Shown: piece after piece, positions 1 through 13,424 of the stretch | Layout: the number at the start of each line of letters is the position of its first letter | How positions within the stretch are numbered: position 1 is the first letter of the stretch | NCBI RefSeq assembly: GCF_001194135.2 | Contig: NC_068985.1 | Span: forward strand, 20,192,228 to 20,233,769 | Origin: Octopus bimaculoides | Taxonomy: Eukaryota | Direction of reading: 5' to 3' | Length of the DNA: 41,542 nt | Made by a program: the position numbers and the translations under genes | Notes under the pieces: generated by a model | The model's database searches: none | What the model was told of the DNA's origin: nothing | Seen by the model: only the letters and a program-made list of their open reading frames with translations

Positions 1-173
1 TGACAAAAGAAGGTCATAAATGACCCGTCCTTTTTCTCCTGTCCCTCTAATTGTTTTTCCCGTCTGTCTTTGTATCGTCTGCCTGTCCGGATGTTTTATT
101 GGTCCCTATTGCGTTTTTGTTCCATTTTTTTTAATGTTTATATATATAGTGGCGTACGTACACGTTTGCTCAC

Positions 174-337
174 CTCTCTCTCTCTCTCCCTCTCTCTCTC
201 CCTCCCCTCTCTCTCTCTCTCTCTCTGTCCCACTCTCTCTGTCCCACTCTCTGTCCCTCTCTCTCTGTCCCTCTCTCTGTCCCTCTCTCTCCCTCTCTCC
301 ATCCCCCCACTCTCTTTCTCCCCCCCTCTCTCTCTCT
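174..337. repeat. (CT)n / CTGTCC pyrimidine microsatellite
   Basis: Directly visible CT dinucleotide tract with CTGTCC interruptions; explains the LSLS/ERER ORFs in the track. Confidence 0.95.
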
Positions 338-699
338 ATATACGGGTGGGTGGGGACGGTGCCCGTGCATAACCGCAGCCGCATTCCTGAAACGTATAGA
401 AAATAACTATGTATGTACGTATCTATATACATACATACATACATACATAATACACACACACACACACACACACGCACATTAAAAAAAAGCACACAAACGC
501 AGCTAATTGAAAATGGTCACACATCTATTGTATTCTTGCAGTATATAGATCGGTAACTCAGTGTTCTGAGTTCAGATATAAAAGCAATAAATCTTTGTTT
601 TTATTAGCAATAAAATAAACTATAGCAATTTATCGACTTCAATTCTACAACCTAATTGCAATACTAATGGCCTACCTAGTATTTATTTTTGTCGCCATC

Positions 700-905
700 A
701 TCCTTGTAGATGTTACTTAGCCTCATTCCCAGTCATTACTTATTGAGTAGACCTATGATTAAAAGTCTTCTAATCTTGATCATTGCGTCCTTGTGTATAT
801 ATCAGACTACAATTGTCGATGTGTCCTTCTTATTTAAAGACGATAGGGGATAGTTTGTGGAAATTTGTTTGCTACTACTAGATGTTCAACAGCTGCATAG
901 AGACT
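700..905 (-). mobile_element. Diverged SINE-like repeat, family D (3' part)
   Basis: Shares the GAGTAGACCTATGATTAAAAG motif with 5835-6030 (GAGCACATCTATGATTAAAGG) and with the reverse complement of 19722-19790 (CTTTGACCATAGGTCTGCTC). Confidence 0.45.
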
Positions 906-969
906 ACCTTACTGGTTAGAGTTCCTATGGAATGGTTTAGGAAATAATCTAGCTGTATGTTCATGAATG

Positions 970-1232
970 TATATGACCACCCAGTGGTCAGGGTGTCGCA
1001 CTCACGATTATAAGGTCGTGGTTTCGATTCTCAGACCGGGCAGTACGTTATGTTCTTGAGTAAAACACTTCATTTCACGTTGCTCCAGTCCACTTAGTTA
1101 TAAATGGGTTCCGGCTATAACGGGGAGATAACCCCGTGACGGACCGGTGTCCAGTTCAGGGGTGGAGTGTTGTGAGTTCAGTTACTTATAAGCTAGGGTC
1201 AAGTTCAGGCCTTATGGGACCTAGGGCTCATG
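970..1232 (+). mobile_element. tRNA-derived CORE-type SINE
   Basis: A-box-like CCCAGTGGTCAGGG and B-box-like GGTTTCGATTC, then CORE-like TTCTTGAGTAAAACACTTCATTTCAC...TATAAATGGGTTCCGGC, then AACCCCGTGACGGACCGGTGTCCAGTTCAGGGG. Confidence 0.75.
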
Positions 1233-1273
1233 GTATACATAAGTAGGTAAAATTCATGAACGCAGCTTATGAA

Positions 1274-1799
1274 TACTTGCTTCAGTCATTAGACTGCGTC
1301 CATGCTGGGGCACCGCCTTGAAGAATTTTTAGTCGAATAAATCGATCCAAGAAATTAATTTTTAAAATCTTGGTACTTATTCTATCGGATCCCTTTTTGC
1401 CGAATTGCTAAGTTATGGGCATGTAAATACAACAACACCATTTGTCAGTAGTGGAGGACACACACAGATACAAAGAAACGCACACGCACACATACACACA
1501 CAAATATTATATATATATATATATTGTTGTACTTGGGGATGGTCATATTGCCAAACAACATCTGTTTCAACACACGATTTCACATTAAAAATCTTGCAAA
1601 ACAAATATGTATATATATATATATATATATAAATACATACAACGGGCTTCTTTCAGTTTTGGCGTCCAAATCCACTCAAAGGTTTTTGTCAGCCTGGGTT
1701 TATAGTAGAAGACCTGCCTAAGGTGCCACGCAGTAGAACTGAACCCAGAACCATGTAGCTGAGAAGCAGATTTCTTGCCACTCGGCCATACCTGCGCCT
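1274..1799 (-). mobile_element. SINE family A (tRNA head + internal microsatellite + 3' body), full length
   Basis: Minus strand starts AGGCGCAGGTATGGCCGAGTGG...GGTTCAGTTC...GAAAGAAGCCCG, then a TA/CA tract containing an about 85-bp insert, then a 3' body (CGGCAAAAAGG...GATAGAATAAGTAC...GGTGCCCCAGCATGGACGCAGTC) homologous to the other A copies. Confidence 0.85.
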
Positions 1800-2084
1800 T
1801 GAAAAAAACTTACACTAACAGGAACAGTTTATTTATAATAAAAAGGAAGCAGAACTAGAAAAATATCGGAGCAATATGGCTATTTGAGTAAAGCCTCCAA
1901 AATCATTGAAGGAAGCAAATTAAATTTTAAGTTATTCACATCTTCCTGTGGGGAAAACCTTCCAGGAAGCATAAAATACGTGGGTCTTAATTAAATGGAT
2001 AGAAATATCTATTTCTTACTTCTTGGCAAAAATCCACAAACTGAAGGGAAAGGATATACATTAACGCATGCGCCTACACACACA

Positions 2085-3445
<1,361 letters not shown>

Positions 3446-3454
3446 ACATATAGA

Positions 3455-3455
3455 T

Positions 3456-3545
<90 letters not shown>

Positions 3546-3546
3546 C
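3455..3546. repeat. (GT)n microsatellite
   Basis: Directly visible. Confidence 0.95.
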
Positions 3547-3977
3547 ATGTATTAGAGGGCTGTTCGTGGGACTTGACCCCATATCTTTTGTAAATGGGTT
3601 AGGCGTTCTACCGTTAGACCAAAACAATCCTTAGAAACTTATCCATTTTAGAAATTTCATTCTTGACAGCGAGACTTATACCTTGATGACATCAGCAGAA
3701 TTTAGAAACTTCGATAACGTGAAATAATTCCTTCTTAGGAAGGGAAAAACTTGAAGCAAATGAAGCCATAAATAACAGCTTGTAAATATTTCAACCCAAT
3801 ATTTGCATGCATTTATCTATAGCTTTATTTTATAGTTTCATCGTTCGTAAAATAAATTGTTTAATGCTCTCGAAATTTCTAAATTCCTATGCACAGATAC
3901 ATACATACAAACATACATACATATATACATACATACATACATACATACATACCTACATACATACATACATACATGTA

Positions 3978-4338
3978 GAGGCGCAATGGCCCAGTGGTTA
4001 GGGCAGCGGACTCGCGGTCACAGGATCGCGGCTTCGATTTCCAGACCAGGCGTTGTGAGTGTTTATTGAGCGAAAACACCTAAAGCTCCACGAGGCTCCG
4101 GCAGGGGATGGTGGCGAACCCTGCTGTACTCTTTCACCACAACTTTCTCTCGCTCTTACTTCAAAGAGTCAGCCTTGTCACACTGTGTCACGCTGAATAT
4201 CTCCGAGAACTACGTTAAGGGTACAGGTGTCTGTGGAGTGCTCAGCCACTTGCACGTTAATTTCACGAGCAGATTGTTCCGTTAATCGGATCAACTGGAA
4301 CCCTTGACGTCGTAAGCGACGGAGTACCAACAACAACA
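3978..4338 (+). mobile_element. SINE family B, young copy (about 26-bp internal deletion)
   Basis: GAGGCGCAATGGCCCAGTGGTTAGGG (A box), GCTTCGATTTCC (B box), (CAA)n tail; near-identical to 15364-15750 and the reverse complement of 30507-30886. Confidence 0.9.
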
Positions 4339-4355
4339 TACATACATACATATGC

Positions 4356-4424
<69 letters not shown>

Positions 4425-4570
4425 ATGTATGAATACATGCACACACATACTAACACACAAATTATGTTTGCTTGAATATTTAACTGCCTAAAAAGGACAC
4501 AAATACGTATACACTTGGCTAACTTTGTCCAATGCCTAAGTACTGAATTGCATTTTTATTTACTTTAAAA

Positions 4571-4837
4571 TCTAGTGGTGAAAGTTCTTACATCGGTAAA
4601 CACGTAGAATAGCCTTTAACAAAAGTGATACATGACATATCCTCTCTTTATTCAAGCGAATAAACACAATGAATCATTTCTAGAGCTAGAGCAAAGACAC
4701 GTTTCTAAGGATGCAAGCTTTTCTCCAGGCAAAGAAATTAACATCATAATGAAATCCTGCAATAGAAGTCAAGCGTATAGGTTATATTGTAGTGTTTGAA
4801 TCAGTCGCATCTATCGTTGGAAAGTCTACTTAATCAG
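4571..4837 (+). pseudogene. Decayed GIY-YIG endonuclease, Penelope-like element relic
   Basis: SSGESSYIGKHVE*PLTKVIHD resembles C.C...YIG.T.R.L..R..EH; about 200 bp later a frameshifted ESVAIYRWK.LLNQ resembles EA..I....P.LN. Confidence 0.45.
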
Positions 4838-5834
4838 GCTTGTAAACTTACATCATGATCTTTTCGGTGGTGGAGAGACTATAAGAGGCGAAAAAGAAAG
4901 TAACTTTACTGTTCGTGTCTCAGCAAGTAGTGGCAGAGCTATTAGTCCCGAAAGTTTATCCAATGTGAGAAGGTCATTTCAGCCAGAAATGTTTATAGAG
5001 TACGGCTGATCTTTGGGAGTTATTTTCTTGAGAACAATGATAGGATGAAGAGAAGTGTCGCAGGTATAATGTATGTGTATGTACGTGTTTACTATATATA
5101 CACACACACACTAACGTTTGTGTTTATCTTATGCATGAGCGCGCGCGTGTGTGTTTGTGTTAGTAAGAGTGAAATATTGTGAAATATCGAAATGGCGAGC
5201 TAATGAGAGTTGAAAAACAAATGCAAAGGAAATAAAGAAAAAAAGGAAAGCTAAAACTACAGAGAGAAAGAATTGAGGAGAGAAGAAGAAATGAAGAGAG
5301 ATATTGATTACGATGACATTGGGGATGAAGAGGACGATAAAGGGTATAAGGGAGGTGTGGGGGTGGAGAGTTGAGAGGAGGATGAGGATATTGTTGATGT
5401 TGATAATAATAAGAGGGAGGTAAAGAAAACAAGAAATACTACAGCAGAAATGCAAATGTAAGGGAAATCCTGAAAGGGAAAAAGAGAATTATTTGATTAT
5501 AGCAGCAGATTATCAATTATTATGTTGATTATAAATGCTTTGATTTACGAAGTAGTAGAATTTTATTTGTGACAGAAAAATCAATGGCTGAGGATTTAAG
5601 AACGTTTTCCTGAAATTGAGATTTGGTTAGTAGAGATTCGGTTACTAAATCGACAGAAATTTAATTTATTTAAGACAATTAGTGTATTGTCATCAAATTT
5701 AGAGAAAGAGATTAAAGTATTTTATAATAATAATTTTTAACCTTTATAATCGGCCATGTTATATTGAATTTTCTCAGCATCATTGCCAGGAATGTTTAAA
5801 TCCGTTTTGTAATGAATACTCTAGTGCTATTGTT

Positions 5835-6030
5835 GTTATTGTTTAACATCAGGACGGCTCCCTTTGAGCACATCTATGATTAAAGGCATTCCAGCATTAA
5901 CTGTCAAATATCTTTGCATGTAAATCACGGTGTATATCGTCCTAAGGACCATTCCTTATTCAAGTCGGTAGAGTGGGAGTGGAGGAAGATCTCGATTCTA
6001 TTTATAATAGGTCGGGTGACCGCGTAGATG
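5835..6030 (-). mobile_element. SINE-like repeat, family D
   Basis: GTTGTTATTGTTTAACATCAGG...GAGCACATCTATGATTAAAGGCATTCCAGC; an (AAC)n tail on the minus strand; homologous to 700-905 and 19722-19790. Confidence 0.5.
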
Positions 6031-7040
6031 TCTTATTGCTGCCTCAAGTCTACACTGCAGTACGAATGTGTCAAAACAACCTTCAGTAAAAAAAAAAAAG
6101 AAATAGAAACGAATTTATATTTCATTTGCTCTTCATTTATTCTTTCATTCCATTTTGTGTGACTTCGTTCGATTAAATTTCTTTATTCAATTCTGTACGC
6201 TGGTCTCAAGAAATGAAGTTTCAACACTCTGTTTCGGTCATATTACCAAGTTAAAGACTGCATTCGAAACCGTGGCTAAGCAACTCGTAATTCAACACTT
6301 CGTCCACCTTGCTGCATCTTCTCGACATAACACTCACCACGAAGTCAATGAAGCATTCCTAATTTAATCAACGAAGTGGAAAATATATTTTATTCGCAAG
6401 ATTGGGCCATTTCTTCTGTTTGGACGAATCCATTTCTAAAGGCCACCACGTAGTTCAGTAGAATTTTATGTTGATTAGGTCATAGGAAAATGTCTTCTGA
6501 TTGTATTTATTTAAAAGTATGGTAGAATGTGAGATTATGCTTGCTTTTCTCAACGTGAAATTCCGAGGATAACAAGGAAAGGCGTTACTGTTGCAAAAAT
6601 CATCTTTAGTTATATAAGGTCCATGCATTAGATTATATTATAACAGTCATTGTGGTCTTCGTTTTGATAAATTAACAGTTACTTTCGTTAGTTCTTTAGT
6701 TCATTTTAATCGTCGCATGTATAACCATACTTGAACAATGCTTTAGGTGGTACCTGCAGCATACAGTTGGTAACATCTTTGTTGTATATTATAGGGTTAA
6801 AGTTATGTCATACTCGACATAACTAGTTAATAGTTAAACAAGACGGTGGAAGCTACTCTACACTAATTACATATATTTAAAAACTTCATAGTAAACTTTA
6901 ACTATTTTTTAAGTTTGTTGGAAAGTTAAATAGTTGAGGAGTCTTATGGTTCAAACAGTTGCAGAATAGATTTCTTATATAAGAAAGTGAAGAAAGACCT
7001 GTGGTATCTGATGGCACACCATCATTCCTTTTATTTGTTT

Positions 7041-7338
7041 CTCTTTTATCTTTTACTTGTTTCAGTAATTAGACTGTGGGCATGCTGGGATATCGCCTTA
7101 AAGGATTTTAGTCGAACGAATCAGCGTCAGTACTTTTTTAAAGCCCAGTATTTATTCTATCAGTACCTTTTGCCGAACCGCTACGGTTACGGGAACGTAA
7201 GCACACCAACACCGGTTGTCTAGCGGTGTAAGGGGACAAACACAGACACAAAGGCACACACATACATGTATATATATANNNNNNNNNNNNNNNNNNNNNN
7301 NNNNNNNNNNNNNNNNNNNNNNNNNNNNNNNNNNNNNN

Positions 7339-7382
<44 letters not shown>

Positions 7383-7716
7383 ATACACATATGATTGAAT
7401 AAGTTGGAGTCAACAAAAAGGAGTGCAGTTGGACATTTATTTGCAATCCCTACAATTGTTTCTACGCAACGTAGTTCTCCCGGCTTGCAGGTATTTGGTT
7501 ATGTAACCGTTTCTCTGCATTATGAGATCTAGTTGTATTTCCTCAGGCGATATTTAAATATTGTCCCCGTAAATTCAAATTCTCGATTTCAAGAGCATCC
7601 TATCTGTCTGTCGTGGCTACTACTAACTCCAGGCCACGACAGGTGCCCCACAGTGGGACTGAACTGGGAACCATCTGGTTGGGAAGCAAGCTTCTTACCA
7701 TACAGCCACACGTGCA
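7041..7716 (-). mobile_element. SINE family A, interrupted by a gap and an about 230-bp insert
   Basis: 3' body at 7041-7260 (TTTTGCCGAACCGCT...GACAAACACAGACAC) and head at about 7640-7716 (GTGGGACTGAAC...CTTCTTACCATACAGCCAC). Confidence 0.8.
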
Positions 7717-8789
7717 CGTATGATTAAAATGCTTTAAGCGTTTTGAACAGCGTCCCAGAGAGTAGATTCGCGGTGGATGAAGATATTCCCAGCAGTTGAA
7801 TTAATTTATGATATCATAAACATTTTGAAACTTTGAGAGATATAAAATAATTTGTTTTTAACAGTGGAACTCGAAATAGATAAAGCTATATAAAAGATGA
7901 CGTATAAATAATGGGTTAAAATCCTTTGGATAGATAAAGCCTTCGACTTTTTCTGTACTGAGTATTTTAACCCAATATTCACATGCTATCATTTTATAGC
8001 TTCATCTACTTCGAGTCCTGCTATTAAAATTTAATTATTTAATTTATGTTTTTGTTAAATATTTTTGCCTATTTACCTGGTAAATGCTACTACGAGTCCA
8101 GACTTTTGAGTATTATTCTAACCTTTTAAAGATACTTGATTCTAGAAGATGAATACCACTGCTGAGTTTCCTATAATGTAACTTCTACGTATTCAGTCAG
8201 TGAACTCATGGCAAGTAGCTGACATTCTCCTAATGTGTTTGGAGAAGGATGCATCTGAAGATATAACTACACCTAACGAATTTACTATTTTGGATTGTTT
8301 CTTTGTTTGGAGCTAAGTAAACCATTTCGTAGGAAATTTTGTCAGTAATAAAAGCCATAGAATTTCGAAGAGTTGAAGAAAACGTTTTTATTAGTTTTCC
8401 TATCGTATGCAGCATCTAGATATTGTTGGAAGTATAGAAATCTATTTCTCTTTATCTCCAGCAACACTTTAATGATATCTTCGTGGCTACGGTGTATAGT
8501 CAATTGTACATTTTACCTACATCCTACAACACGGTGAAAAACTTGAGTTCTCAGCTATTACTGCATAATTTTTGGTTAAGCCAACAGCCATAATTTAACT
8601 AGTGCTCAAATCAAGGTATATACATTCAACACTTAATCCTGATATAAAATTTTCAATAATTTATCATATAGCTGAAATCGTATTAACCTTTTCCATTAAG
8701 CGGGCATCACAGACTATAATAAGTTAATTATTTCTTTTCTCTTAAATAGTATATTACACACTTCATTCTAATTTTCTCTGGATCATTCG

Positions 8790-9740
8790 AAAGATGTGAC
8801 ATAAACAAAACCAGGTGATATCTGGCTGCAATGGCTTGTCTGTGCTTTACTACCACCAGTGTTGTTGCTTATTTCAGAATTATCACTAGTAGTATACGAA
8901 TAACTTCAGTGGATTATTAAGGCCGGACTTGTAAAATTTTAGGAATGTGAAAAGACTCCTATAACAAAATTTATTTCTAAGCAGTTCATTGTTCCGGTTA
9001 AAACTTCCTTAAACGGAATCATATACATTTGGGTATTGTGAGAAGCAGTTGTCTGGTAGTATATCTCTGTATGTTGATTGCTTGATTTCTTCTTATCAGG
9101 AGGAACATGCTCCCGTTTTGCTTCTTGAGTTAATGACAAATCTAGCAGAGGCTGTCATTATACGAGATATTTTGAGAGTGAATTGGATGAATTATTTATT
9201 TGACGGTTAAACTCAAGTGTATAGCAGGAGAATATCTCTAGATTCACCTTTATCTGATTGACCACCATGAGTTCCTTTCTCAATCGTACATCTTCATAAG
9301 AGTTGCACGCAATTGAATTTTGTTTTTAATTTTCAATTTGTGTTCACACAAGAAGTAGACTTGCGGTTTTATTTGATTTCATTTTGATTGCAATATTCAA
9401 AAGATTTTCTCTTAATGATTTGCATGTTGCAAGAAACAGCGAGGTTTTTAAAATTTGAATATTTTTACACTTGAACACTTTAGAAAAGTTTTACACAAAC
9501 TTCATGTGTGAAGATTTGTCGGACTTGGTAAAGTATCATAGACAGCCTGGGTCAAAAATCTGATTCAATAGATGCCATCGCACCAGAAATTCAACCTTGT
9601 GATGTTTCACTGCAGCATGTTAACCCACCTTGTCCAGATACCTTGTTGGTCAAGTCACACCATCTTGCTAGCTGTGCTTCCTCTCCATTCGAACTTCTTG
9701 GAGGACAATCTTTCGCTCCTTTCGCCTTTCGTTACCAATC
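8790..9740 (-). mobile_element. Decayed Hero-clade-like non-LTR retrotransposon fragment
   Basis: Minus-strand translation QGIWTRWVNMLQ*NITRLNFWCDGIY*IRFLTQAVYDTLPSPTNLHT*SL matches the Hero QGAWTRW...FLI.AVYD.LPSP.NL..W signature; the lower part is heavily decayed and its boundary is approximate. Confidence 0.7.
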
Positions 9741-10661
9741 TTGCAAGTTGAAAAGTAGCCCGAATACTCAAGAAATATAAAATTCGAATTAACTCACTCT
9801 TCAGGTTTCGCTTATGCGCTCATTCAACCAATAAAGACAGCTGCGCAATATTTTTTACATGATATCTAGCAATATACCCCATTCATAGCAGTTTTTATCT
9901 GTAATCAGTAATTTAATAGTTCTGTTAGTTAAAAATTTTCCTCTAAAATACATTTTAGATTGATGCAATGCATAGTCTGATGCAATGCATAACATAAACG
10001 TATCTCTTATGGAGAATATTATAAATATAATTCTTTAGTAAATTTTCATTCCTATTTACACATATGTATACAACATCTTTCTAAAATTTCACGTACGTAC
10101 AGATGCTAAAACAGAAACTGATAAATAAAAGTATTACATTAAAAAAAAGATGTTTTTACACTAAATTTTTTGGCACAAATTCCAAATGACACTTTAATAC
10201 TTATTAGAAAAAAATCATGTTCAATCTATTTAACCATTACCTGAAATTACTCCAATTTATCTTTTCACACTCGAATAATTACCAACCTATATTTATTCAA
10301 AATTTTCTCCTCTTCCCAACCTGGTCTTTTACTTTCCTACCGTTAACATTTATACTTCGTCTGTTTTTGACCTTTAAATTATTTCATTAGTTTCCCATCA
10401 CAAATAATACAAAATTCTTTTCTTTGTTATATAAAAATTCCCTTCTTTGAAACTTACAACAAAACTAGAACACTACACATATAATTCTTCTTTTGATGAA
10501 ATTCATTTGTTTTCCTGTACAAATTCCCGAAACGGTCTGTTTTTCACCGGTTAGATAAACGAATAGGCACAACTCGAATTTTGTAATGAATTTGACTCTA
10601 CTCCCTGTATTGAATCGTCCCATTTGTAAAAATTATGTTGATTTTCTTACAATAACTTTAA

Positions 10662-10888
10662 AAATAATGGCTTCAACTGTTGGCGCGAGGCCAGCAATTT
10701 TAAGGGAAACGGTATGTCGAATACATCGACCCCCAGTATTCAACTATTACTTATTTTATCGACGACCTAAGGATGAAAGGCAAAGTCGACATGGCGGCGA
10801 ATTTGAACTCAGAACATAACGAGTAAGTAGAAATACTGTGAAACATTTATCCGATGCCCTCACAATCTCACAGTTCTGCGAGCACTCA
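10662..10888 (-). mobile_element. SINE family C
   Basis: AGGCAAAGTCGAC..GGCGAATTTGAACTCAGAAC (reverse complement of B-box GTTCAAATTC); homologous to 10903-11113 and 13551-13742. Confidence 0.75.
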
Positions 10889-10902
10889 TTCTTTTGCTTT
10901 TC

Positions 10903-11113
10903 AAATAATAGTTCCAATTTTTGGCATGGGGCCAACAGTTTTTGAAGGGAGAGGGGAAACCTATTGCATTGACCTGGTATTTACTTTATCGACTCTGAAA
11001 GGATGGAAGGCAAAGTCGACCTGGGTGAAATTTGAGCTCAGAACTTAAAGACGGACGAAATACCTCTAAGCATTTTGTCCAGCGTGTTAACCGTTCTGCT
11101 AGCTCGCCGCCTT
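10903..11113 (-). mobile_element. SINE family C, tandem partner of 10662-10888
   Basis: AAGGCAAAGTCGACCTGGGTGAAATTTGAGCTCAGAAC...TTCTGCTAGCTCGCCGCCTT. Confidence 0.8.
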
Positions 11114-11329
11114 CTTAGCTTTCAAAATAATAATGTAATTTAATATATATAAAGTGTGTATGTATGCGAAATATAGCAAATTGGTATATGTTACTTTGCT
11201 CGCGGAAACCGGAGATAGTTGATTTCCAATTGCTTGTATCCTTTACCTTAAACTAACTGGATGCTTGAAGTTTTTTTCTAACTTCTGGTGAACAACTGCT
11301 GATTTGGAATCACAGTTATTGCCTTTAGC

Positions 11330-11427
11330 AAAAGTCTGTATTGAACCAAATATTTGTTTATAAAAAGTCTCTATTGCAAGAAATATTTGTTTATAAAAAT
11401 CTGTATTGAACCAAATATTTGTGTATA
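11330..11427. repeat. 33-bp minisatellite, 3 units
   Basis: AAAAGTCTGTATTGAACCAAATATTTGTTTATA repeated head to tail with few substitutions. Confidence 0.85.
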
Positions 11428-12529
11428 ATATCAAAAATTTGACAATAGCCAGTTCTAACCTCGGAACACTATAGCTGTGTCATGTAATCATTGATGTTTG
11501 TTTTTGCTATGGTTTACTTCAGCGGAAGGCGTTGCGCTTGCGACCTTTACCCTTGGGAAATGCTTTGTTGTTTTCTATAGTTTCTACTGATTTACAATAT
11601 CAAATATTGCATTTACACGAATATATACACATATGTGTATATTTAATTTATATAAGGGCATTACTATACAATAATGCCTCACGCTAAGAGGGACTCCATA
11701 AGTCAAAACTACTATAATAAGCATATTTTTACCGATCGCGAGGGAATGCAACTTTCAAAGCTAACCTCCTAAAAACTTTTAACTTAACGGTAAACCAATG
11801 GTTTCATAATCAACGCAGTAATCTGCATTCTTTTATTCATCAGTACATGTATGGTCAAGACATAAAAATAAACAAAAATCAACACACTCGACGAACATTC
11901 CATGTATTCAGCATAGTACATAGACGATTGTTTATCCCTATACACATATGTGTATATTTAGACATTAAATGTCTGTATCAATGATTGTGAGAAAAAGAGC
12001 ACGAACCAGAGATGCAGATCGTGTACAGTAACTTCTCTGACAGTAATACTTAATATCCGAGAGGTTTTTCAAGCAGTCTATAAAGAGATTCAATAGATTC
12101 TACTCTGTAAAAGTTCAATTTTCAAGCACCATATATTTCTCAATCACATTTTTGAGAATTGTCAGTGTATTAGCGCTAGGATGAGATTGTTCACTGTTTA
12201 AAGCTGGTATGTATGAAATTCTCATTGAATAATAATTCACCATTAGCAATTTACAATAGATAGTTCTACATGATTCTGAATCTACTACAAGGGAATAATT
12301 AAAAGAAGACAAGCTTGTTTGTCTCCTTGTTTGGAAGGACCGCGTGTGTTAGAATGCTTTTCACTATAGACCTGCTCGATCAGAGGTGGATCAGGAGCGA
12401 AACAAGATACAATTATAACAGTGTACACTATGGGGATTGTATAACAGGATTTCTCTACCTATTTCATCATGATCACAAGCATCTATACAGACTTGAGTTT
12501 CATGACCAGAGGAATCTACATGGTTTTCC

Positions 12530-12612
12530 ATTATGCGGTTTCGGGTTCAAGCCCACTGCGCAACACACCCTGGCAAGTGTCTTCTACCTTAGCTTCGGAT
12601 CGACCAAGGTTA
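12530..12612 (+). mobile_element. SINE family A head fragment
   Basis: GGGTTCAAGCCCACTGCG...GGCAAGTGTCTTCTAC...GACCAAGG. Confidence 0.65.
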
Positions 12613-13110
12613 GAAACTATTAGGAAGCACGTCGAAGTGATCAACTTCTGCTCTTTGGTGGTAGACTTAATCCGTCTACTTTGCTGATTGTTTACATTAT
12701 ATTTTATTTTTCCAATGCTTGTATTATTCCTTATTTATTAAATCGATAAAACTGAATTTAGTTCCTTCGAGGATTACTGTGTGCATAATCACAATCATCA
12801 TCAGCATCCTCATCAGCAACACTACCAGCTGCAGCGAGACAAGCAATACCAGTAACCACATTCTACAACAATGATGGAATAGCAATAATTTTATAGAGAA
12901 GTGGTGTTCATATCCCAGGAAAATTGTCAGAACAGAACTAGGACAGCTTCAGGCTTTTTTTCTAAGTTTAAGAATGAAGTTTAAATTATAAAGTTGATTA
13001 ATATGAAGTTAAACAGAATATGATCTGATTATGATTTGATGAGTGATTAAACGCAAACATTTTAAGCCATTGAAAGAAACAAACTGATGTGTGAATTATA
13101 TACTAAGATC

Positions 13111-13424
13111 TGTAATGGCGCATGACTTACTGGATAGGGTATTCGATTCACGGTCGCAAGGTCTGAAGTTTAGCGCGTTGCGTCCTTGAGCGAGGCACTT
13201 TATTTCACGTTACTTCAGTTCAAACAATTGGCAAAAATGAGTTATACCTGTAATTCAAAGGGCCAGCCTTGTCACATCTTGCGTCACGTCGAATCTCCCT
13301 GGGAGCTATGTTAAGGGCATGTGTGTCTGTGGAGTACTCAACCACTTCTACGTTAATTTCATGAACAGGCTGTTCTGTTGATTGGATCAACTGGAACACT
13401 CGTCGTCGTAACCGACGGAGTACT
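13111..13424 (+). mobile_element. SINE family B' (tRNA/CORE head + family-B 3' body)
   Basis: CORE-like CGTCCTTGAGCGAGGCACTTTATTTCACG, then CCTGTAATTCAAAGGGCCAGCCTTGTCAC...GGATCAACTGGAAC..CGTCGTAACCGACGGAG shared with family B. Confidence 0.8.

Noticed and set aside
5200-5500. Purine-rich tract and its Phe/Leu/Ile-rich reverse-strand ORFs
   Set aside because: Low-complexity GA-rich sequence; the hydrophobic ORFs are a compositional artefact.
6470-6800. Second GIY-YIG relic on the minus strand
   Set aside because: Only vague resemblance after several assumed frameshifts, and the YIG motif is not visible.
10493-10537. Hammerhead TTGATGA...ATTTGT/ACAAAT...GAAACGGTC
   Set aside because: Stem II does not close next to the core and no stem I can form; at most a distant relic.
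11330-11427. CRISPR-like array
   Set aside because: The units are contiguous with no unique spacers, there are no cas genes, and the context is eukaryotic.
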